The notes under the pieces: generated by a model | Databases searched by the model: none | Told to the model about the DNA's origin: nothing | Seen by the model: only the letters and a program-made list of their open reading frames with translations | Shown here: one piece after another, positions 25,222 through 32,000 of the stretch | How the letters are laid out: each line of letters opens with the position of its first letter | Position numbering within the stretch: position 1 is the first letter of the stretch | NCBI RefSeq assembly: GCF_003945235.1 | Contig: NZ_RSDW01000001.1 | Location: forward strand, 1,080,001 to 1,112,000 | DNA: 32,000 nt | Direction: 5' to 3' | DNA from: Edaphobacter aggregans | GTDB taxonomy: Bacteria; Acidobacteriota; Terriglobia; Terriglobales; Acidobacteriaceae | Translations under genes and position numbers: made by a program

Positions 25222-27201
25222 ATGTACCCTTTTGTCCGGCACCTTCGCCTTACGGTTGCGACCTTGTCCTGCTGCATCCTTACAGCCACTGTCTGGGCGG
25301 CTCCGGCCAAGCCGCAGCTGCAGGTCACCGGTTATGTGATCAATGCCGAGCTCGATCCAGCGGCGAATAAGCTCTCGGCGACTGCTGTGGTTAGCTTTAC
25401 GGCACTTGAGGACCTGACGGCGCCTGTATTCGAGCTCAATAATGGCCTGCAGATCAGCAAGGTCACTGATGCCAACAAGAAACCTCTGGAGGCTGAACGA
25501 CTTACCAACAACTCCACCGTGCGGTTCAATCTGGCTACGCCCATCCCTAAGGGCAGCAGCACCTCGTTCACGTTCGAGTATGCGGGTACGCTGAAGGGGG
25601 CGGAGACCAGCCCGGTTGAGGGCATCAAGCTCGCCTCGGTCGAGGATCCGATTAGTATTCTGCTTTACGCTGGGCGGTGGTTCCCAATGGTAGGGTTGTT
25701 CACCAATCGCTTCACTGCGGAGATGCATATCCGCGTTCCGGGTAATGAGCGGGTGATTGGCAGTGGCAGCGGCGTGGCTGCACAGAAGAGTTTGCCCGGC
25801 AACAAGACCGAGTACACCTTCAACTGGAGCAAGCCTGGATTCCCCGGGACCATCATTGCCGGGAAGTTTATTGACCCTGTTACTGCAGGCAACATGCGCG
25901 TCTATGTGACTGAAAAACACAAGGACTACGCCCATGATTTTGCCAGCCAGGCGGAGCGCGAGTTTCTCTTCATGTCGGGCACCTTTGGCCAGCTCGATTC
26001 GAGCCGCATGAATCTTGTCGAGCTTCCGGACGATGCTATTTCTGCCGCGTGGGCTCCCGAGATCACTGCTGTTGCGGGGAGCCGCATCGCTGCACGCAAT
26101 GAGCAGCGGCTGCTTTCAAATACGCTTGCCCATCAGTGGTGGGGTGGGCAGATTTCTCCGGCAACGCTGAATGACGCTTGGATCACGAACGGCATGTCGC
26201 GCTATGCAGAGCTGATGTATCTCGAGGATTCGGCTGGTAAGACTGCCTTTGAGTCCGCGGTTATGGATGTTTCTGCGGGCGCGCTGGCGTATGACACAGA
26301 GCCGCTGAGTACGCTTGGCAGGCTCGATCCCTTTTCGCCACAGTTCCAGTCCATGACGCTGGAAAAGGGAGCGATGGTCTTCCATATGCTCCGGTGGGAG
26401 ATGGGAGACGAGGTCTTTAATAAGTTCCTGCGCGCTTTACTCACGCAGTATGCCGATAAGTCTGTTCGCGGCTCCAATGTGGAGGCTGTCGCCTCGGCAC
26501 AATCGCAGGAGCAGATGACTCCGTTCTTTGCGCAGTGGGTTGATGGCACCGGAGCACCGGCGTTTACGAACAAATACACCGTCTTCCGGCTTGGCGATAA
26601 CAAGGGCTTTCGCACCATCGGCTCTGTCGCGCAGGACCTGGATCTTTTTCGTATGCCGGTTGAGCTGCGCATCGAGACCGATGGTAAGACGGAGACCCGT
26701 CGCGTCGACTTGAGCGGCACCGAGAGCCAGTACTCCGTCGAGACCTTCGGGCGGCCGCGGCGGATCAGCATCGATCCGCAGAACTGGCTGCTGAAGAGCA
26801 CTCCCGATCTGGCGGTGCGGGTTGCTATTTTGCGTGGGCAGCAGCAGGTGGCTCAGGGCGACCTGACCGCAGGGCTGATCGAGTACCAGAAGGCGCTGGA
26901 TGCCAATAAGAACAGCTCGCTGGCTGCTTATCGTATCGGCGAGGTTTTCTTTATGCAGCGGAGCTACCAGTCGGCGGCGAACTCGTTCCGCGATGCGCTG
27001 CGGGGAGATGGCGATCCCAAGTGGGTCGAGGTCTGGAGCCACATTGAGCTGGGGCGAATCTTTGATCTGACCGGCCAGCGTGACCGAGCCGTCAATGAGT
27101 ATCGACTTGCGGTTCAGACGAACGACAATACGCAGGGCGCGGTGAATGAGGCTCGGGCGTTGATGCAGAAGCCCTACAAGCGGGAGCAGACGGAAAACTG
27201 A
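25222..27201 (+). CDS. secreted M1-aminopeptidase-like protein with C-terminal TPR repeats; metal and catalytic motifs substituted
   Basis: The track start is TTG 25204; ATG 25222 (MYPFVRHLRL..., signal peptide ..VWAAPA) is preferred. The M1 anchor ..LAHQWWGG.. and ..AWITNGMSRYAE.. are present. The HEXXH-X18-E positions read NTLAH-X18-N. The C-terminal ~130 aa are TPR-like. Confidence 0.85.
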   Translation: MYPFVRHLRLTVATLSCCILTATVWAAPAKPQLQVTGYVINAELDPAANKLSATAVVSFTALEDLTAPVFELNNGLQISKVTDANKKPLEAERLTNNSTVRFNLATPIPKGSSTSFTFEYAGTLKGAETSPVEGIKLASVEDPISILLYAGRWFPMVGLFTNRFTAEMHIRVPGNERVIGSGSGVAAQKSLPGNKTEYTFNWSKPGFPGTIIAGKFIDPVTAGNMRVYVTEKHKDYAHDFASQAEREFLFMSGTFGQLDSSRMNLVELPDDAISAAWAPEITAVAGSRIAARNEQRLLSNTLAHQWWGGQISPATLNDAWITNGMSRYAELMYLEDSAGKTAFESAVMDVSAGALAYDTEPLSTLGRLDPFSPQFQSMTLEKGAMVFHMLRWEMGDEVFNKFLRALLTQYADKSVRGSNVEAVASAQSQEQMTPFFAQWVDGTGAPAFTNKYTVFRLGDNKGFRTIGSVAQDLDLFRMPVELRIETDGKTETRRVDLSGTESQYSVETFGRPRRISIDPQNWLLKSTPDLAVRVAILRGQQQVAQGDLTAGLIEYQKALDANKNSSLAAYRIGEVFFMQRSYQSAANSFRDALRGDGDPKWVEVWSHIELGRIFDLTGQRDRAVNEYRLAVQTNDNTQGAVNEARALMQKPYKREQTEN

Positions 27202-27372
27202 GGACTACCCGCCGTAATTCTTACTGTAAAGTATTCCATTCTCATTGGTTATGGGTGGACTTGGTTGTTGAATGAAGCGGAAAGTCTCTTCAATCAAGGG
27301 CTCTGTGGGTTTGATACTTGTAAGGTATTGATTTAATTATATTTATTTCTGACTTATAGGTATCGCTCACAG

Positions 27373-27409
27373 AAAAGCCCCGGCTTCGGCCGAGGCTTTT
27401 CTTCTTTTC
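27373..27409. terminator. bidirectional intrinsic terminator in the convergent spacer
   Basis: AAAAGCCCCGGC (27373-27384), TTCG loop, GCCGAGGCTTTT (27389-27400): 11 pairs with 1 mismatch. There is an A-tract before it and TTTTCTTCTTTTC after it, so a U-tract follows the stem on either strand. Confidence 0.6.
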
Positions 27410-27558
27410 TTTACTGTCTTCAGTTTAGCAGATTCAGGAAAATTATTTGGCACTTGGATGTTGTTTATTTTGCTATAGATAGCTGGCTTCTGGGCTTGAC
27501 AAGCTTGCACTTAGAGGCCCGGGCTAAAGCCCTCGTAATTGCCGATTTTTCCGCAGTG

Positions 27559-28986
27559 CTAAAGCCCTGCGCTCCCGGCTATGGGGAGGTTTACGGTGGC
27601 AGTGGTGCCAATGTTGAGGGTGCTGGTCATGGTGATCTGACCGTGGGCTGCTTCGACGATGGCTTTGCAGATGGCCAGGCCGAGGCCGGTGCCACCGGTT
27701 TGGCGGTTGCGGGAGGGGTCGCTGCGGTAGAAACGCTCGAAGACGAAGGGCAGCGCTTCGGGGTCGATTCCCTTCCCCTGGTCTTCGATCTTTAGCTCGA
27801 TTTGCGTTTCTTGTTTGGTGATTGTGGCGGTGATTTGGGAGTTGGGGTTGCTGTGCTGGATGGAGTTGAGCAGGAGATTGGAACAAAGGACTTCGGCGTC
27901 TTGTGGTGAGAGCTGGACTGGTGCGGCATCGAGGTGCGGGAGTTGGATGGTGATGCCGCTTATCTCGGCGACCGAGGCTAGTTGGTCAGCAGTGCGGCGG
28001 AGGCTTTCGGATAGGTCGGTTTGTGGAGCGGGTTCGTGGGGGGAGGGTTCGCGTTCGACGCGGGCGAGGGTGAGCATCTTGCCGACGATCTCTTCCATGC
28101 GGACGGAGTCGGTGTGGCACTGGTTGAGGCCGTGCTGATACTCCTCGACGGTGCGGGGCTTGAGGGCTAGTACCTGAATGGAAGATTGAACGACGGCTAC
28201 GGCGGTTTTGAGTTCGTGAGCGGCGTCGCTGACGAAACGGCGTTGCTGGGTGAAGGAGTACTCGAGGTTCTTGAGAACGGCTTGAATGGTGCGGGCGAGG
28301 GGGCTTAGCTCTTTGGTGGCGAGTACTTCGTCGGATGGTTCGAAGGTCCAGGACGTGGCGGAGACGGTGGATGCTTTGGCGGCTAGCTCGCGGAGTGGGG
28401 CCATGCCCCGGTTGAGAAGCCAGATCATGGCGATGCCTGTGACGGCGAGGAGAAGGAGGCTGGTCGTGGCGTAGAAGGCCACCTCTTCGAGGATGCCGTG
28501 CCATAGCCGGTGCGTTGGAGAGGCGTAGATGATCGTGAATTTGTGGCGTTCGCCTCCGCCCTTCTCGTCGGGGTCGATGACTCTGGTCGCGCTGGTGCGG
28601 ATGGCGCGGTAGTGTCCTCCGTTGAGGATGAGGCTGAAGAAGCCTTCGGGGCTGTGCGGGTCGCGACGATGCTCCTCAGTGCGGGAAGATGGGCCTTCGC
28701 CCCAGTTGGGGGACTGGCCGATGATGGCGCCGGTCTCATCCTGCACGTGGAAGACATCGCGGGGGGGAACGTTGAGGCCAGTTTTGTCGATGACGAGGTT
28801 GTCGTGTTCGTCTTCCTGGATGGCACCGAGGAGGGAGTCGGCGTGGCCACGGAGGGTGACGTCGAAGGCCATGAAGCGCTCGTGGCGCTCGTGGAAGAGG
28901 GCCACGGTGGAGAGCGCGACCACGGAGACCAACTCCAGGAGGAGGATGGTGATGATGAGTCGGCGAACGATGGAGCGTGACTTCAT
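27559..28986 (-). CDS. two-component sensor histidine kinase (QseC/CusS-like architecture)
   Basis: 475-aa ORF. Architecture: TM1, a ~150-aa periplasmic domain, TM2, a HAMP-like segment, H-box AAHELKTAVAVV, and HATPase motifs (NLLLNSIQH, DQGKGI, GGTGLGLAI). The start overlaps the regulator stop (ATGA, 28983-28986). Confidence 0.9.
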   Translation of the reverse strand: MKSRSIVRRLIITILLLELVSVVALSTVALFHERHERFMAFDVTLRGHADSLLGAIQEDEHDNLVIDKTGLNVPPRDVFHVQDETGAIIGQSPNWGEGPSSRTEEHRRDPHSPEGFFSLILNGGHYRAIRTSATRVIDPDEKGGGERHKFTIIYASPTHRLWHGILEEVAFYATTSLLLLAVTGIAMIWLLNRGMAPLRELAAKASTVSATSWTFEPSDEVLATKELSPLARTIQAVLKNLEYSFTQQRRFVSDAAHELKTAVAVVQSSIQVLALKPRTVEEYQHGLNQCHTDSVRMEEIVGKMLTLARVEREPSPHEPAPQTDLSESLRRTADQLASVAEISGITIQLPHLDAAPVQLSPQDAEVLCSNLLLNSIQHSNPNSQITATITKQETQIELKIEDQGKGIDPEALPFVFERFYRSDPSRNRQTGGTGLGLAICKAIVEAAHGQITMTSTLNIGTTATVNLPIAGSAGL

Positions 28987-29675
28987 GCGGGGATCTCGCG
29001 CAGCGGCATGGCGAGACGGTAGCCGCGGCCGCGAAGGGTCTCGATGCTGGGCCGCTCGCTGACGGCGTCGAGTTTTTTGCGGAGGTTGGAGATGTGGGCC
29101 TCAATGACGTTGGAGTGGTGCTCCCAGTTGTAGTCGTAGAGGTGCTCGAGGAGCTCGCGCTTGGAGACGATGACGCGGGGGCGGAACATGAGGTACTCGA
29201 GGATGCGGTACTCGGTGGGGGAGAGATCGACGAGAGAGCCGGAACGGTGGACGGTTTGCTCGAGGGTGTTGAGCTCGACGTCGGAGGCGCGGAGGGTTGG
29301 GTGGGCTGCTCCTTTACCGCGGCGGATGAGGGCTTTGGCTCGGGCGAGGAGTTCGCCGAGGTCGAAGGGCTTGCTGAGGTAGTCGTCGGCGCCGGCGTTG
29401 AGGAGGGTGATGGTGGAGTGCTTGTCGGCTACGGCAGTGAGGATGAGGACGGGGGTGCGGTCGCCGCGCTGGCGAATGCGCTTGAGAACGCCAAGGCCGT
29501 CGAGCCCGGGAAGCATGAGGTCAAGGATGATGACGTCGTAACAGCTGCCGTCGGCGAGGTCGGCTCCGGTGAGGCCGTCAGGGGCGCAGTCGACGGCGAA
29601 TCCGGGGCCTTCGCGGAGGGCCGTGGAGATGTTCTCGGAGAGTCTTACCTCGTCTTCGATGAGAAGCGCACGCAT
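28983..29675 (-). CDS. OmpR-family response regulator
   Basis: 230-aa ORF. Receiver motifs (MRALLIEDE.., ..VIILDLMLPGLDG.., ..LILTA.., KPF) plus a winged helix (..IEAHISNLRKKL..IETLRGRGYRL). Confidence 0.9.
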   Translation of the reverse strand: MRALLIEDEVRLSENISTALREGPGFAVDCAPDGLTGADLADGSCYDVIILDLMLPGLDGLGVLKRIRQRGDRTPVLILTAVADKHSTITLLNAGADDYLSKPFDLGELLARAKALIRRGKGAAHPTLRASDVELNTLEQTVHRSGSLVDLSPTEYRILEYLMFRPRVIVSKRELLEHLYDYNWEHHSNVIEAHISNLRKKLDAVSERPSIETLRGRGYRLAMPLREIPA

Positions 29676-29676
29676 A

Positions 29677-29715
29677 TAAGGACAGTTTCGCCTATTGCGG
29701 CTTAAGCTGTCCTTA
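29677..29715 (-). promoter_or_regulatory. 9-bp inverted repeat abutting the response-regulator start codon
   Basis: TAAGGACAG (29677-29685) and CTGTCCTTA (29707-29715) are exact reverse complements with a 21-nt spacer. On the gene strand the second arm ends 1 nt before the ATG (29675). No U-tract follows. Confidence 0.4.
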
Positions 29716-29738
29716 AGTGCGGGTGGGCCGGCTGTCTC

Positions 29739-32000
29739 CTAGAAGGTCTTCAGGAATTCGATCAGGGCTCGTTTGTCGTCGTCGCTGAGCGGTGGCTCCT
29801 GGGCAAAGGAGCTTGTGCCGAAGTAGTGGCCTCGGTTGACGACGTAGTCTGGGCACTTGCTCAGTTCCATGAGAGGGCCTTTGAGATTATCGAAGACTTT
29901 GGCTGCGTCGGCGTCGGTGGCGTTGGCGGGAAGGCTCTTGAGGTCGTGCTGGGCCTTCAGGAGGAGGTCGAGAACCTTCTGCTTGTACTGCGCCCGCTGG
30001 ATGGGGTCGTTGGTCTCGGGGAGGAGGTTGAGACTGGCTATCAGGCCGACGGGGGTTCCCTTCGGGATGGGGCCGATCTGGATACCTTGATCGTTGAAGA
30101 GCCAGTCGAAGGTACCAGAGAGCGGGCCGCGCAGGCGCTGGAGGAAGTCGGGCAAATAGCCGTTGGCTACGCGGAGATAGCTGGTGTCGGTGGTGCGGTC
30201 GATGGTGCCGGGGACTTTGTCTCCGAGGACAGAATCTTTCTCGCGCTTCTCGGGCCAGAGGAGCTGTTCGATGGAGTCCTGGAAGGAGTCGAGGCGGGCT
30301 TCGACGGAGGGACTGGCGTTGAATTTGCCCAGGCTGTTGTTGAGCAGGAATGGCGCGCTGGACCAGACGCTGATGAGCGACGGCGGGCGGGTGTAGCCGC
30401 GGCCTCCGGCGGGCAGGACGTAGGGCTTGGGCTCGCCGGTGAAGGGGTCGTAGATGGTGGCGGTTCCTGCAGAAGGGAGATCCTTGTAGGACTGGGAGGA
30501 GAAGTTGTCCCAGATGTTGTTGCCGAGGGCGTTGGTGGCTAGTGGGCTGCAGGCGTTGGTCTGGAGGAGCGTGACGGGGACGCGGAGTTCGGTGGAGAGA
30601 TAGTTGCCCTGGGTGAAGTCGGGGGCGAGGACTATGTCGCGCATCTTCTTTTTGAACTCGTCGGTCTTGGTCCATTCCCAGTAGCGGTTCCAGCAGTCCA
30701 TGTAGCCGGAGCCGGCGCAGGCTGCGGGATCGGCGTTAGCTGGCGGGGGGGGGAATTTGCTGGAGTGGCAGCGGGCGCAGCGCTCGGCGAAGGCGATCTT
30801 GCCGCGTGTGAGGACGGCTTTGTCGGTAGTGAGGTGCGCGGCTCCGCCGGGGGCGTCCTTGAGGAGGTGGGGTTCGGTGCTCTTGAGGAAGAAGAGCGCC
30901 ATGTCGACGGTCTGGGCTTCGGTGGCCTCGAAGTAGCTGGAGTTGGCTCGGGCTACAGAGACTGGGATCGGGGTGACTTCCTGGCCGCCTACGAGGGCGT
31001 TGAAGTGGAGGAGCCACTCTTCGCTGAAGGTGCCGATGTTAAGGTAGACGCGGTTGAGTGCGGCGAGTGCGCCTACGGAGTCGGAGCCGTCCTTGAGGAC
31101 GCGCGGGGTCTGGACGATGTCAGGAGGGGTGAAGAAGCGGGTGAGGTAGCCGGAGGGGACGTAGTTGTTGAACTGCTTGTTGTCTTTTTGGCCGTCGGCT
31201 AGTTTCTCTTTGCCCCAGACCAGCGCTTGATCGAGGCGAGGTTTGAGGGAGTAGACGGCGTTCATGGTGCGGGGATTGTTGATGTTGTCGGTGGAGATGA
31301 GCGAGGTGTCGAGGGTGCCGGGGCGCGAGGTGTGGAAGAGCTGGAAGACGTAGCTATCGGCAGAAGGGTTCCAGTCGAAGATGCGGTCGATCCAGAAGTA
31401 TTGTGCGCCTACGTTGGAACTGAGGTTCTCCCATTTGGGGGCATCGGGGTTGTCGGGGGGCTTCACGGGGTTGGGACCGACGTGGCAGAAGGCGCAGGAC
31501 ATGCCTACGCGATAGGGCCGGACGAGGTCCTTCGAGAGGTAGTACTTGCTGTCGGTGTAGTAGCGGACGGGGTCCCACTTTTTGGCTGCGGCTTCATCAA
31601 AGGCGGGGTTGGGGAAAAGGCGGAGGCCGACGATGCCGGTGCCGTATCCATAGAAGGAGCCCGCGTCGATGTTCTTGCCGCGTGCGCCAATTTTGACGCC
31701 GGGATATTTCTGCGCGTTTTCGAAGGGATCAGGCGGGCAGCTGGGGTCGCGCTGGTCGAGCCAGAGGCCGAAGCGCTTGGGGTCGGGCCCGGTGGCCTTG
31801 ATGTAGCAGGGTTCGTTGACGAGGCCGAGGTATTCCCAGCGGTTGTCGCGGCTGGCTTTGAGGGCAGGATGGCTGCCGTCGCCTGGGTAGGAGGAGATGG
31901 TTTTGAGGAAGTCAAGATTACCTACGCTGGTGACGGAGAGGACGTCCCAGAGGCGGTCATCGCCTGCCGTCCAGACGAGCCAGGTGTTGCGGCCCTTGAT
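29739..32000 (-). CDS. large c-type haem protein with two CXXCH motifs (5' end beyond the right edge)
   Basis: The track lists 29739..31502, but I translated the same frame from 32000 to 31503 without a stop: IKGRNTWLVWTAGDDRLWDVLS...RYYTDSKYYLSKDLVRPYRVGMSCAFCHVGPNP. The gene is therefore truncated by the window. Haem motifs: CAFCH (31496-31482) and CARCH (30779-30765). A later ..RPPSLISVWSSAPFLLNNS.. segment loosely recalls the PSLRNV..PYxHxGS segment of di-haem peroxidase/MauG-type proteins. Confidence 0.8.
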   Translation of the reverse strand: MKGRNTWLVWTAGDDRLWDVLSVTSVGNLDFLKTISSYPGDGSHPALKASRDNRWEYLGLVNEPCYIKATGPDPKRFGLWLDQRDPSCPPDPFENAQKYPGVKIGARGKNIDAGSFYGYGTGIVGLRLFPNPAFDEAAAKKWDPVRYYTDSKYYLSKDLVRPYRVGMSCAFCHVGPNPVKPPDNPDAPKWENLSSNVGAQYFWIDRIFDWNPSADSYVFQLFHTSRPGTLDTSLISTDNINNPRTMNAVYSLKPRLDQALVWGKEKLADGQKDNKQFNNYVPSGYLTRFFTPPDIVQTPRVLKDGSDSVGALAALNRVYLNIGTFSEEWLLHFNALVGGQEVTPIPVSVARANSSYFEATEAQTVDMALFFLKSTEPHLLKDAPGGAAHLTTDKAVLTRGKIAFAERCARCHSSKFPPPPANADPAACAGSGYMDCWNRYWEWTKTDEFKKKMRDIVLAPDFTQGNYLSTELRVPVTLLQTNACSPLATNALGNNIWDNFSSQSYKDLPSAGTATIYDPFTGEPKPYVLPAGGRGYTRPPSLISVWSSAPFLLNNSLGKFNASPSVEARLDSFQDSIEQLLWPEKREKDSVLGDKVPGTIDRTTDTSYLRVANGYLPDFLQRLRGPLSGTFDWLFNDQGIQIGPIPKGTPVGLIASLNLLPETNDPIQRAQYKQKVLDLLLKAQHDLKSLPANATDADAAKVFDNLKGPLMELSKCPDYVVNRGHYFGTSSFAQEPPLSDDDKRALIEFLKTF

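Noticed and set aside
25174-25935. 253-aa minus-strand ORF overlapping the lpxB stop and the 5' part of the M1-like gene
   Set aside because: It is antisense to a gene with clear family motifs and a signal peptide, and it has no motifs of its own. It is a shadow ORF.
27523-27568. 11-bp direct repeat GCTAAAGCCCT (27523-27533 and 27558-27568), with the second copy covering the kinase stop codon
   Set aside because: It is a single short duplication with no flanking structure or target-site logic. It is most likely chance or a small local duplication.
28977-29705. 242-aa plus-strand ORF opposite the response regulator (and similar Gly/Val/Glu-rich plus-strand ORFs at 9569..10249, 12467..13441 and 29826..30542)
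   Set aside because: These are typical GC-rich antisense translations (runs of G, V, E, D, A) opposite well-supported genes.
1-32000. The plus strand is G-rich relative to C over genes of both orientations (spot counts such as 32 G to 13 C at 2401-2460, 25 to 12 at 1321-1380 and 28 to 12 at 30001-30060)
   Set aside because: This is consistent with ordinary replication-strand GC skew rather than a local feature. It needs a whole-replicon skew plot, which I cannot compute here.

Overview
This is a GC-rich bacterial chromosomal segment. Hand counts of single 60-nt lines gave about 52-75 % G+C, highest in 1-8.6 kb and 28-32 kb. Gene content and the style of the intergenic repeats suggest an acidobacterium (Terriglobia-like), but that is inference only. 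I can support 24 protein-coding genes and found no rRNA, tRNA, CRISPR array, transposase or integrase. From left to right the window holds: a small membrane protein (partial) and a Cys/His-rich hypothetical (both minus strand); a CusF-like/SCO1 lipoprotein; a translationally coupled AddB-like/AddA-like helicase-nuclease pair (2.3-8.6 kb, plus strand); one co-directional Pho cluster on the minus strand, phoB-phoR-pstS-pstC-pstA-pstB-phoU (15.6 -> 8.8 kb); a divergent CheY-like receiver plus CHASE3/PAS histidine kinase; ltaE and a hemW-like radical-SAM gene; a DUF1223 protein tightly linked to an MsbA-like ABC exporter; a YdeI/DUF1905 protein; lpxB; an M1-peptidase-like protein with TPR repeats; and a minus-strand operon of a large two-CXXCH haem protein (running off the right edge), an OmpR-type regulator and a sensor kinase. 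Overall this reads as ordinary core chromosome, and I do not see a convincing dedicated novel multi-gene system such as a defence island. The observations most worth a second look are: (1) lpxB, whose conserved N-terminus lies upstream of any ATG/GTG/TTG; (2) the M1-like protein, in which every zinc/catalytic motif position is substituted; (3) a Cys/His-rich ORF whose coding frame has no stop codon; (4) a CAAC-rich intergenic repeat family present twice, with a 25-nt core expansion in one copy; (5) the uncharacterised di-haem protein plus two-component operon; (6) an AT-rich 357-bp convergent spacer with a central bidirectional terminator; and (7) 11-bp-phased GTTAN repeats upstream of pstS and phoB. 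All functional calls rest on motif recognition by eye. No database search was run.
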